The notes under the pieces are model-generated. The model did not search any database, was not told the origin of the DNA, and saw only the letters and a list, made by a program, of their open reading frames with translations. 44,714 bases of DNA from an uncultured archaeon (GTDB taxonomy: Archaea; Aenigmatarchaeota; Aenigmatarchaeia; Aenigmatarchaeales; Aenigmatarchaeaceae), in the NCBI GenBank assembly GCA_964347265.1, contig CAYFXV010000002.1, positions 22,821-67,534 of the forward strand, in the 5' to 3' direction. Below are positions 1-8,172 of the stretch, piece after piece. How positions within the stretch are numbered: the first letter of the stretch is position 1; each line of letters starts with the position of its first letter. The position numbers and the translations under genes are program-made.

Positions 1-1988
1 ATTGCAACAGTTGCACCAATTTGATTACCATTATCAAAAGCAAAAACATCAAGAGTGCCTACATATGGACATGTAGACGAATCTATATCTATTTCAGCGC
101 TTGTATAATTATAATACCAATCTAAGGGTATGTAATTCGCCCTTATTTTTTGCATACCGTAAACGCAAGCAAAAGGATATGACCAAGAACCATCATATGC
201 AATAACATTATCAAATAGAACTTCTGTATTCAGAGTTCTTAATTGAATTTTACCATTATTAAATAGAGGAACACCATCATATTTCATCCATTTTTCATCA
301 TTAATATAAACCTCTACAATACTTTCATTCTGTTTTATTCTCCATGTGTTCCATTGATTTAGATCTATTTTTCCACCTAAGTTCACAGCTTCTACACTTA
401 CTCCATTAACAAAAAGCTCCATATCATCGCACGGGCCACATATTTGAATATAATATTCATTAAAAGCATCAAAAATTTTCACATTAATATTATTTCCTGC
501 TATAAGTCTTATACTAACTTCTAAATTATCATTTCCACCACTACTGTTCCAATAATTCCACTTTGTTTCTATGACCTCATCTCCACTTCCACTGCTACTT
601 AATTCTCCGTTTACAACATTCCATGTTCCTCCTGTTACTGTCCAATCATCATAATCATTATCATCAAAATCATCGTAAAATCTTTTTCTATTTGTAAACG
701 AAGATTTTGCCCAACCTATTGGTATCCAAGCAGTGCCATCAAAATATTCTAATCTAACATCTCTGTTAATAACAGCTGGTGTTGGCGGTGCACCACAAGT
801 TTGGTATTTATCTTTTTTCTGGGCAATAGGATTGAAATCTTCATCCAACAAATTACCGCTTATGATAGAAGTTGTATTATTAAATTCTAAATTTCTTATT
901 TGTGTTAAAGCCCTATAGTAAGCAGTCATGTTTCTGCTTTTATTAATAATATCAAACCAGTAAGGATCGTTGTCAGTATCTAAAATTTGTCCTGAATTTT
1001 CACAATCAAAATCTCGTAAATGACTGAATTCCCTTAAATTAAATAAATCTTCTACATCAACATAATAATATGGTTTTGGAATCAGACCATAAACAACATT
1101 AGATATAAACTCATTGTGTTTAGTAGTGTATTTAATATCATCACTAACATTTACTTCAACACCTGTTAATGGTAGCTTTGCAATATTTACTTCAGTATTT
1201 AAAACAAATGTATAGTAAAGGGGAGATACTTCTAGTATAAATAATGCTGTTCTTGCTAATCTATCACTCTTCCCCATTATTGTTATATAGTATGTGCCAG
1301 GAGTTGTTGAAGAATCTGCGTTTACTGTCATCTTAGAATCAAACTCTGGTTCCATATCATTCTTACTAAAAGTTATAGTAACACCATCTGGTTCACCCAA
1401 TGCTGATAAATGAATGGGTCCAGGTGATATTTTTACATCAACTAGACTAACTGTTACAAATGCTGTAGTACTTGAACCATTAAGCACGAATCCATTTTCT
1501 GGAAAAACAGTAACATTAAAATCATAAGGCACCTTTTCTGTAACTATGTAAATTAAACAATCACTGTTTTTTATTATTTTTTTAACAGTAATCTCTTGAA
1601 TAATACCTTTTGTGAGAACCAGTTTTTGATCAGTAATTTCACAGTCTGAAATAATTGGTATTGGTTCAATTGGCTCATACCTTATATTTGTTTCCTGTTC
1701 AGCCAAACTAAAGTCAATGGATAAGTAGGATGTATCACCTACTCTATAGATTTCTACTATATAAGGCACCCCAGAAGTTTTAAAAGATGATGTGGCTTCT
1801 CCTGGAGCATAGCTTACAGTTGTTATTACTGATGCAAGATGGTTTAGTAGTGTTACTGGTTCTGCATACGTTGAAAATGCAAATACACTCTCAACAATTC
1901 CTTTTGGGGAGAAGATAACAGAAGCTATTACTAAAATTAAAATTAATTGTGCTAAAAGTACTATGAAATCTCTTATGGTTTCAGCCAT
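1..1988 (-). CDS. Large surface/adhesin-like protein with pilin-like N-terminal helix, Ig-like and ConA/LamG-like beta domains (3' end outside window, >662 aa)
   Basis: Not in ORF track. Hand translation from ATG 1988 is open to the window edge: MAETIRDFIVLLAQLILILVIASVIFSPKG..., Ig-like segment (YDFNVTVFPENG...TTPGTYYITIMG), lectin-like segment (FYDDFDDNDYDDWTVTGGTWNVVNGEL...NQWNTWRI...VEVYIND...FDNVIAY). Starts 7 nt after the stop of the 875-aa gene. Confidence 0.85.
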   Translation of the reverse strand, partial: MAETIRDFIVLLAQLILILVIASVIFSPKGIVESVFAFSTYAEPVTLLNHLASVITTVSYAPGEATSSFKTSGVPYIVEIYRVGDTSYLSIDFSLAEQETNIRYEPIEPIPIISDCEITDQKLVLTKGIIQEITVKKIIKNSDCLIYIVTEKVPYDFNVTVFPENGFVLNGSSTTAFVTVSLVDVKISPGPIHLSALGEPDGVTITFSKNDMEPEFDSKMTVNADSSTTPGTYYITIMGKSDRLARTALFILEVSPLYYTFVLNTEVNIAKLPLTGVEVNVSDDIKYTTKHNEFISNVVYGLIPKPYYYVDVEDLFNLREFSHLRDFDCENSGQILDTDNDPYWFDIINKSRNMTAYYRALTQIRNLEFNNTTSIISGNLLDEDFNPIAQKKDKYQTCGAPPTPAVINRDVRLEYFDGTAWIPIGWAKSSFTNRKRFYDDFDDNDYDDWTVTGGTWNVVNGELSSSGSGDEVIETKWNYWNSSGGNDNLEVSIRLIAGNNINVKIFDAFNEYYIQICGPCDDMELFVNGVSVEAVNLGGKIDLNQWNTWRIKQNESIVEVYINDEKWMKYDGVPLFNNGKIQLRTLNTEVLFDNVIAYDGSWSYPFACVYGMQKIRANYIPLDWYYNYTSAEIDIDSSTCPYVGTLDVFAFDNGNQIGATVA

Positions 1989-1994
1989 AAAAAA

Positions 1995-4622
1995 TTAACC
2001 TCCAAATTGTTTCATTAAACTTTCTTCTAGATCTTTAAATGGTTCACTATATGTTCCACTCTCATGAATGTCAGTATAATTTAGAGATGTGTATGGGTAC
2101 CCAGGCCAGCTTATTGCAGCTTCAGCAAGTGTTTGTCCAAGTGTCACAGGATCAAACATACTCCATTTTCCAAGAGTTTGTTTTACTGTTGCTTTTAAAC
2201 CCTTTTCAGCAGCTCTAGTACCAAAGGATAAAACTACTTCTACAATAGTCAAAATGTCAGCTGCTCCCCAGATTGCTGTGTATGTATTAATAAGATCTGC
2301 GTCAGCGTAGCAATAATTAGATCTTTTGCCTTCCATATCAACTTTGATTGGATGAACAAAAATAGTAGGTTGACCATCAAGATTGGTCTTCCAAACTTTT
2401 GCCACAGCAAAACAAGGACTGACAACATAAAATCTGGGATGCGGAGGAACATTTTGAAGTGCTGCTTGCCAACCTAACAAGTGCTTCCATGGTTCAATTG
2501 GTCTCCAAGACTTAACACTATATTCTGTAGCATTTTCGCTCAAATAATATGGAGATTCGTATTCAGCTGCTTGAGAATAGACACAAAGAGAATTCCCCAT
2601 ACATCTTTCAGTCATATGTGTTAATATTAATCCTTTAGCAAACCAACTATTAGGTGCAACAAGGGCTGTTCCGTCTATAAAGACCATCTTTTTTAATTGT
2701 TTGCTTGCATATCTTGTAGCAAACACTTTCCACGTTGGAACAGGAAATGCATTAAAATCTTTACTAAAAACTCCATATATCATTTGTAATTGATTTTCTA
2801 ATAGTTCTTTTGTTGCATCGTCAACAACAGCACCACCATCCACTAAATCTATTCCTTTAACAAGATGTTGCAATCTAAAATCTTCAACAAATCTACGGAA
2901 CGTATCTTCATTACCACCACTGGCAGCCCATAATTGTTTTAAATTATCTATAATTTGTCTAACTCCCATTGGTTCGCCGCCTATCATTCTATCTTCAAAA
3001 AAACTGAAATATTCATCATAGTGGTCTAAATTTTTAATCTCAGCTAAAATATCATCAATAGATTTTGCAGGATCTATCACTATTAAATCTGAAGCCCTAA
3101 CAAAAACATTTGTCAAATCAGAAGCATGATAAAAAACAAGTCCTCCACCTTCTTCTTGCCACAACCTATTAATAACCTTTACAGCGTCTTCTGCTGATAC
3201 ATCAACTCCTATACCAATTCCAAACCTCTCAGCATAGAACTTTATTTTGTTTTTAAAATCAAGATCTTTAGCTTCAAGTAATAGTTTAATGACTTTCTCT
3301 CTAAGAGATTGTGCTGTAGGAAATAAAGGATCTGCAGGATCAGTTACTTGGACTAATCTCCACATAGCATCAGTTCTTCTATATATTTCATCACCGGTTT
3401 GTGGAGTCAATTTATCAGCAAGGTACCATTTTCCTTTCAAATAATTTTTCATTCTATCAACTCTTTTTGTAACTGCGTTGGAAATTTTTTGTATCCATGA
3501 CAATTTTTTAACATCATCTTGCAAAACACCAGGATTTGCAAGATCAAACATCTCATCTATAAAATTAGCTTTGTCGGTTTGTCCTGCTTCTATTAATGCA
3601 TCATGAAGTTCAGTCATCACTTTACGCGGATTATATGTTGGTTTTACATAACCAGGATCAACAGCCTGGCCGGGATCTACAATTTGAATATCATTCCAAT
3701 CAGCTCTGCTTGGATCAAAAGGTCCAGGATCTGTATAACGTACCCCATATTCCTTTACTTTATCCACATAACCACCATACGTAGAATCGTACTCTGTTAC
3801 TACCATTTTTTCTGGTATATCTACATCTTTTATAGCGAGTCTAACATTTCCAGTAACAGGGTCTTCTGTGCCCATATATCTAACAGTTTTTGTACCATCA
3901 TCCCATAGAGTGCCAACCCAACCTAAACTATCAGGAGCATGGTCACCTAAAAATCTTAAAAGATAATGTGCATCTCTATTACCTAGTTTATCAACAATTA
4001 TTTGAAGAGAACGACCAGTTCCTTTAAATTCACTAAATGAATTACTCAAACCCTCTACCAACATTTGTCTGAACGTATTTCTTTTAGTTAACCAGGTTAA
4101 GAAACCAAAATCCCTTCCTTTAAATAAAAGTTTAATTCCTGCTTTGGTTGCTTTGTACGCATAGTAGGTTCCCACTAAATATTTTGCTAAACCTTTTGCA
4201 ACTTCCGCACCTCTAAAAGCAGCCCAAAAAACAAAAGTACTTGCTGCACCACCACTCCAAGGATAAGCCTCATTCCACGCCCCTCCTCCCATCTCAGGAA
4301 AGTGTTCATAATATATTTGCCACTCAGGCATACCCCCTCCCAAAAATGCGGAAATATATGAATAAGTACCATGTTTCTGACATAATCTTATTGGAACAGT
4401 CTCGTAATAAAGAGAACGGGATGGTTCGTCATAATTCGGGTCACTTGGAGAATAAGTCGGAAAGTCATCATTAGCAACTATATTTATTGCTTCTCTTAAT
4501 TGCAAAGCTGTTTGGTTTGCCAAAGATTCACAACTAGGAACCCCAAATATACTTACAAATAACAAAGCGATTACAATAAAAATGAAAACTGTTAATCCTA
4601 AATCAAGTGCTTGCTCAATCAT
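1995..4622 (-). CDS. 875-aa membrane-anchored pilin-like protein with large central insert, function unknown
   Basis: N-terminal hydrophobic helix followed by CESLANQTALQLREAIN helix; Cys-containing C-terminal part; in the pilus gene run. Confidence 0.7.
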   Translation of the reverse strand: MIEQALDLGLTVFIFIVIALLFVSIFGVPSCESLANQTALQLREAINIVANDDFPTYSPSDPNYDEPSRSLYYETVPIRLCQKHGTYSYISAFLGGGMPEWQIYYEHFPEMGGGAWNEAYPWSGGAASTFVFWAAFRGAEVAKGLAKYLVGTYYAYKATKAGIKLLFKGRDFGFLTWLTKRNTFRQMLVEGLSNSFSEFKGTGRSLQIIVDKLGNRDAHYLLRFLGDHAPDSLGWVGTLWDDGTKTVRYMGTEDPVTGNVRLAIKDVDIPEKMVVTEYDSTYGGYVDKVKEYGVRYTDPGPFDPSRADWNDIQIVDPGQAVDPGYVKPTYNPRKVMTELHDALIEAGQTDKANFIDEMFDLANPGVLQDDVKKLSWIQKISNAVTKRVDRMKNYLKGKWYLADKLTPQTGDEIYRRTDAMWRLVQVTDPADPLFPTAQSLREKVIKLLLEAKDLDFKNKIKFYAERFGIGIGVDVSAEDAVKVINRLWQEEGGGLVFYHASDLTNVFVRASDLIVIDPAKSIDDILAEIKNLDHYDEYFSFFEDRMIGGEPMGVRQIIDNLKQLWAASGGNEDTFRRFVEDFRLQHLVKGIDLVDGGAVVDDATKELLENQLQMIYGVFSKDFNAFPVPTWKVFATRYASKQLKKMVFIDGTALVAPNSWFAKGLILTHMTERCMGNSLCVYSQAAEYESPYYLSENATEYSVKSWRPIEPWKHLLGWQAALQNVPPHPRFYVVSPCFAVAKVWKTNLDGQPTIFVHPIKVDMEGKRSNYCYADADLINTYTAIWGAADILTIVEVVLSFGTRAAEKGLKATVKQTLGKWSMFDPVTLGQTLAEAAISWPGYPYTSLNYTDIHESGTYSEPFKDLEESLMKQFGG

Positions 4623-4626
4623 AACA

Positions 4627-4923
4627 TCACATGCACATACAAAAGATTCTTAATGATTCATCATTTGTATTAGTTTCTACAACCAAATCTTCTAAAGTTT
4701 CAAGAGTTTTTTCATCACATAAAATACCACTAATATTAGAATAATCAAGAGAATGGTAGCCTGGGCAACCATGTGCAATATAAGGTCTACAACATTCTCT
4801 CATTTTTTGTTGCAAATTAGCTTCCCCTCCCATCACCCTTGGAATATCTGCAAAAAATATTAAGACAACTAAAATAATTAGAAATATTATTAAACCAACA
4901 ATTTTTCCCATTGTGAATTCCAA
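4627..4923 (-). CDS. Small Cys-rich pilin-like protein
   Basis: Likely start TTG 4923 (MEFTMGKIVGLIIFLIILVVLIFF) after GAGTGAT, or ATG 4911, rather than 5019; one hydrophobic helix and 6 Cys. Confidence 0.65.
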   Translation of the reverse strand: MEFTMGKIVGLIIFLIILVVLIFFADIPRVMGGEANLQQKMRECCRPYIAHGCPGYHSLDYSNISGILCDEKTLETLEDLVVETNTNDESLRIFCMCM

Positions 4924-4927
4924 ATAA

Positions 4928-5281
4928 TCACTCTTCTGGTTTTTTACCTCTGCACGCGTCTCTACATTTTTCCCACTTCTCGTCGTTATCATTCGGAGGC
5001 ATGCAACCACCATGACCATCCGGGGGGAGCATAAGACAATTTAATCCAAGTTCCTTAGAACAGTATTCATGCATATATACAGTTTGTCCTTCTATTTCAG
5101 TTGTTGTACCTTGGTAGCCATCTTCAGCCCAAAACATACAGTACCATCTAAAGTCTTTTATTCCTTCTACATCTCCTCCTGTTGCAAATAAGGGTTCGAT
5201 AAAACCTGAAATCAATAAAAAACCTAAAACTAAGAAAATTGTTAATGCCAACAAAATTTTTGTTATCAAGCCGCCTTTCAT
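4928..5281 (-). CDS. Small Cys-rich pilin-like protein
   Basis: MKG|GLITKILLALTIFLVLGFLLI resembles a minimal class III signal peptide; 6 Cys in C-terminal domain. Confidence 0.7.
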   Translation of the reverse strand: MKGGLITKILLALTIFLVLGFLLISGFIEPLFATGGDVEGIKDFRWYCMFWAEDGYQGTTTEIEGQTVYMHEYCSKELGLNCLMLPPDGHGGCMPPNDNDEKWEKCRDACRGKKPEE

Positions 5282-5320
5282 AAATAGTTTATTTTGTTAA
5301 TTGGTTATTATATTTTACGG

Positions 5321-5491
5321 TTATTGACCTTTTGGAGAAAAAAGTTGAGCTATACTAAAAGCTATTTTTTCCAACCAATCAGTATTTTCCATGAAGAAAA
5401 ATATAATAAAAAATACAATTACAAATATTATTATTATTATAAAAAGTGTGCTAATTACAAATCCTTTATTCACATTTGCTGTTTTGACCAC
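5321..5491 (-). CDS. Very small pilin-like protein
   Basis: GTG 5491 after GAGGTGAT (alternative GTG 5473); NKG|FVISTLFIIIIIFVIVFFIIFFF class III-like motif followed by a short amphipathic helix. Confidence 0.65.
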   Translation of the reverse strand: MVKTANVNKGFVISTLFIIIIIFVIVFFIIFFFMENTDWLEKIAFSIAQLFSPKGQ

Positions 5492-5804
5492 AAGTATCAC
5501 CTCTTTCAACATCAGCAGTTGTTTTACAATGTTCTTTTAAATAGCATCCACAAAAATATATATAAGTATCAGGAAAATGAGGATCATGAACAGACATACA
5601 AGATGAGCCATCAGGATTTTTTCCACAATCTTTATCTGAAGTGCAAGTTTTTTTAAACTCTTCTTCAGTCTCTTCTGTAAAAGATACCTCAGGTTTAGGC
5701 AGTTCTTTACCATAAATAAATGACCATGTAACATAGACAGAAAATAAAAAGATTAATATAGCACCAACAACTGTAACAACTGATGTTCCCCTTTTCATAT
5801 TCAT
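5466..5804 (-). CDS. Pilin-like protein with disulfide-rich C-terminal domain
   Basis: MNMKRG|TSVVTVVGAILIFLFSVYV class III-like motif; 8 Cys including CTSDKDC. Confidence 0.7.
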   Translation of the reverse strand: MNMKRGTSVVTVVGAILIFLFSVYVTWSFIYGKELPKPEVSFTEETEEEFKKTCTSDKDCGKNPDGSSCMSVHDPHFPDTYIYFCGCYLKEHCKTTADVERGDTCGQNSKCE

Positions 5805-5844
5805 AATTAATTTGAATAATACTTATATTTAATTTTTTAAAAAA

Positions 5845-7422
5845 TTATGCAATCTCAAAAATAGTTACTGACCTGTCATAGCTATCATAACAACTATGCC
5901 AAGTACCTATATCAGGACATAATGCTCCACCGCATTCTTGCCATCTTCTCCACCAATTTTTAATTATAACTCTATATGTTTTACCATCTTCAAGCACTCC
6001 ATTACAACTGATAGGGGCACCCGCAGAATCAGTTGCATTTGTGCGTAGTGAAATAGGTTCTTCAAAGAAGTATTCTACAGCATCTTTACTATCATGGAGC
6101 GTACGACATTGTTTATCTCTTTGGGTTGCAGGAAGCATACAGTCATTCCAACCTGTACATGGATCACAGTCTATGTCATCAATAGGGATACCGCTCTCAG
6201 TTGCTATCTCATTCATAATAACCTGTCTAATATTAGTAGTAGTACCAGCAGGTGGTTGAACATGAAAGTCTGCAACTACTCTCGCTTCCCAATATTTGTT
6301 TCCAAGAATATTTGTCCTATAAAATTTATCATCTTTATCTAAAATATCTTCCCAAATAGTATTAAAGTTTGTTCTAATGTGGGATGCAATTCCAGCAGTG
6401 GTTCCAGGAATCATAACAAAAACAACAGAATAACGTTCACTGTCTGGTACCCAAAATACACCATATATATAATTCCAACCATTTGTTAAAACAACTGAAT
6501 TATGATCAAAAGCAGTGTCTTTAACTCTCCATATATCACCTCCCCAACTTCCATCATCCTCATTGGCTGACCACCATATCATATCTCTTTTATTATCACA
6601 GAAATCACTATCACTGTTTCCACAAAAACAATAATCATATTGATTTATCCAATACCCACCAATCACCGGACCACACCAACAGCCCCCCATAGTGTAGCAT
6701 CTCCATCCATCAGAATAACCATACCAATTACCAATGTTATTGTTAGGACGATTCCCACCATCATCACAGTTGCCAAATTGGGCATCATTTCCTGAGTCTG
6801 CTATAAAACCTCCATCATCTCCAGGAGCAAAAGGACCAGTAGATCCATGACAAAAGAATGAACCATCAACTTGTCTACCCCTTAAATTCATGTTAATACA
6901 AATTTCATCCAAATCTGTTATTCCAATACCAGCATCTCTGCAGAGGAGACAATCAGGATATCCTTTATTAGTAAATTCTGCTTCATCTGCATCGTTTGTA
7001 CTTGCAACAGTACCGTATAAGAAACTCGCTTCATCTATAAAATGTCCTTTCCCAACTTTTGATTCTTTAGTGAAAGGAAGACCTCTTACATCAATTCCAG
7101 TCCTAGTAGCTTCTTCTCCATATTTTTTAAAATCATCAAAAATAGCTTCTGATATTAAACAAGCAATTTCTGATAAATCATAAGAACCAGGAGCTGATGT
7201 AAATATACGTTCAGCTTTGGCATCTATAGCATTAAAAGAAGCTGTTCCTCCTTGTCCCCATTCTGGCTCAGTTGGTCTTCCTGATTCAGGACCTAATTCC
7301 CATGCATGCTCCCAATCTATATCACTTGTAGCTTGCACCCATTCAACACTAACAAACAAAAGAAGGAACATAAGAGCTAAACAAAGAAGTACAAAAAATA
7401 AGTGTGATGACATACCTTCCAT
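5845..7422 (-). CDS. 525-aa Cys/Trp/Gly/Asp-rich extracellular protein with N-terminal anchor (putative adhesin or minor pilin)
   Basis: MEG|MSSHLFFVLLCLALMFLLLFV hydrophobic N-terminus; about 20 Cys; TATA-like TTTATATAC roughly 25-30 nt upstream. Confidence 0.65.
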   Translation of the reverse strand: MEGMSSHLFFVLLCLALMFLLLFVSVEWVQATSDIDWEHAWELGPESGRPTEPEWGQGGTASFNAIDAKAERIFTSAPGSYDLSEIACLISEAIFDDFKKYGEEATRTGIDVRGLPFTKESKVGKGHFIDEASFLYGTVASTNDADEAEFTNKGYPDCLLCRDAGIGITDLDEICINMNLRGRQVDGSFFCHGSTGPFAPGDDGGFIADSGNDAQFGNCDDGGNRPNNNIGNWYGYSDGWRCYTMGGCWCGPVIGGYWINQYDYCFCGNSDSDFCDNKRDMIWWSANEDDGSWGGDIWRVKDTAFDHNSVVLTNGWNYIYGVFWVPDSERYSVVFVMIPGTTAGIASHIRTNFNTIWEDILDKDDKFYRTNILGNKYWEARVVADFHVQPPAGTTTNIRQVIMNEIATESGIPIDDIDCDPCTGWNDCMLPATQRDKQCRTLHDSKDAVEYFFEEPISLRTNATDSAGAPISCNGVLEDGKTYRVIIKNWWRRWQECGGALCPDIGTWHSCYDSYDRSVTIFEIA

Positions 7423-7452
7423 AAATAAAATATTTTTAAACTCGTATATAAA

Positions 7453-7638
7453 TCAAACTGGTATTGCATGACAATGTGTTGCAGCAGCAGCACCAAATGG
7501 TATCCAAAATAAAGCACTACAAACAAGGAATTTAACTAGTTTTCCACCAGTATAATGATTTATTAAGAAGAAAAAAACAACAATAACTATAAGAGATATA
7601 ATTATAGTTCCAATGAATTTTGTCATTTCTTCTGTCAT
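7453..7638 (-). CDS. Micro-pilin-like membrane protein (about 61 aa)
   Basis: MTEEMTKFIGTIIISLIVIVVFFFLI...; second short hydrophobic segment with two Cys; start adjusted from 7662. Confidence 0.6.
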   Translation of the reverse strand: MTEEMTKFIGTIIISLIVIVVFFFLINHYTGGKLVKFLVCSALFWIPFGAAAATHCHAIPV

Positions 7639-7652
7639 GGTCACGAATATCA

Positions 7653-7856
7653 CTAAAACCAAATGAAAGTTTTGATAAAACTTTCTATTGCTCCTCCTAT
7701 TAATTGTGAAAAAAGTTTAATGAAATTAGCAAGTGCTACAAGTGCTGTTCTAACAAATTTGATACTTGTAATCTGCTCCCATAATAATACTATTAATAAA
7801 CCTAAAATAATTGCGCCAATCAGAATTGCATATGCAGCACTTATAGGCATTGCCAT
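7653..7856 (-). CDS. Micro-pilin-like membrane protein (67 aa)
   Basis: ATG 7856 overlaps upstream stop (TAATG) with GGTGT upstream; hydrophobic helix plus amphipathic helix. Confidence 0.6.
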   Translation of the reverse strand: MAMPISAAYAILIGAIILGLLIVLLWEQITSIKFVRTALVALANFIKLFSQLIGGAIESFIKTFIWF

Positions 7857-8032
7857 TAAAATACACCAAGCCATTTAGCTAATTCTTTTAAACCATTAAA
7901 AAGATAAGCAACCCAACTTCCTCCTAATTTGGGTGTGAGTATGAAAATAACTGTAATGAAAATTGCTATGAACATTAAAACTAAGAAAAGTTTAACTGGT
8001 AAACCAAATAATCTTTCTCGTTGACCTAACAT
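7856..8032 (-). CDS. Micro-pilin-like membrane protein (58 aa)
   Basis: MLG|QRERLFGLPVKLFLVLMFIAIFITVIFIL; hydrophobic plus amphipathic helix; start adjusted from 8053. Confidence 0.6.
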   Translation of the reverse strand: MLGQRERLFGLPVKLFLVLMFIAIFITVIFILTPKLGGSWVAYLFNGLKELAKWLGVF

Positions 8033-8049
8033 TTTAACACTTTTGATTA

Positions 8050-8172
8050 TCAAGGATTTACGCTAACTTGGACTTTTATGATATTAACCATTAGATAGTT
8101 GCCTATTAATAGTATTAATGCTCCAACCATAATTCCAATTGCTATATAAACTAACAGTTCTGCAACTCTCAT
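8050..8172 (-). CDS. 40-aa micro-pilin-like protein (not in ORF track)
   Basis: MRVAELLVYIAIGIMVGALILLIGNYLMVNIIKVQVSVNP*; ATG overlaps the platform gene stop (TAATG) and fills the gap to the next gene. Confidence 0.7.
   Translation of the reverse strand: MRVAELLVYIAIGIMVGALILLIGNYLMVNIIKVQVSVNP

Noticed and set aside
733..4474. Short plus-strand and alternate-frame ORFs (733, 2089, 2249, 3247, 3596, 3603, 4187, 4241)
   Set aside because: Shadows of the long minus-strand genes; the same applies to similar ORFs over other genes (e.g. 5294, 6041, 24114, 26841, 41625, 42288).
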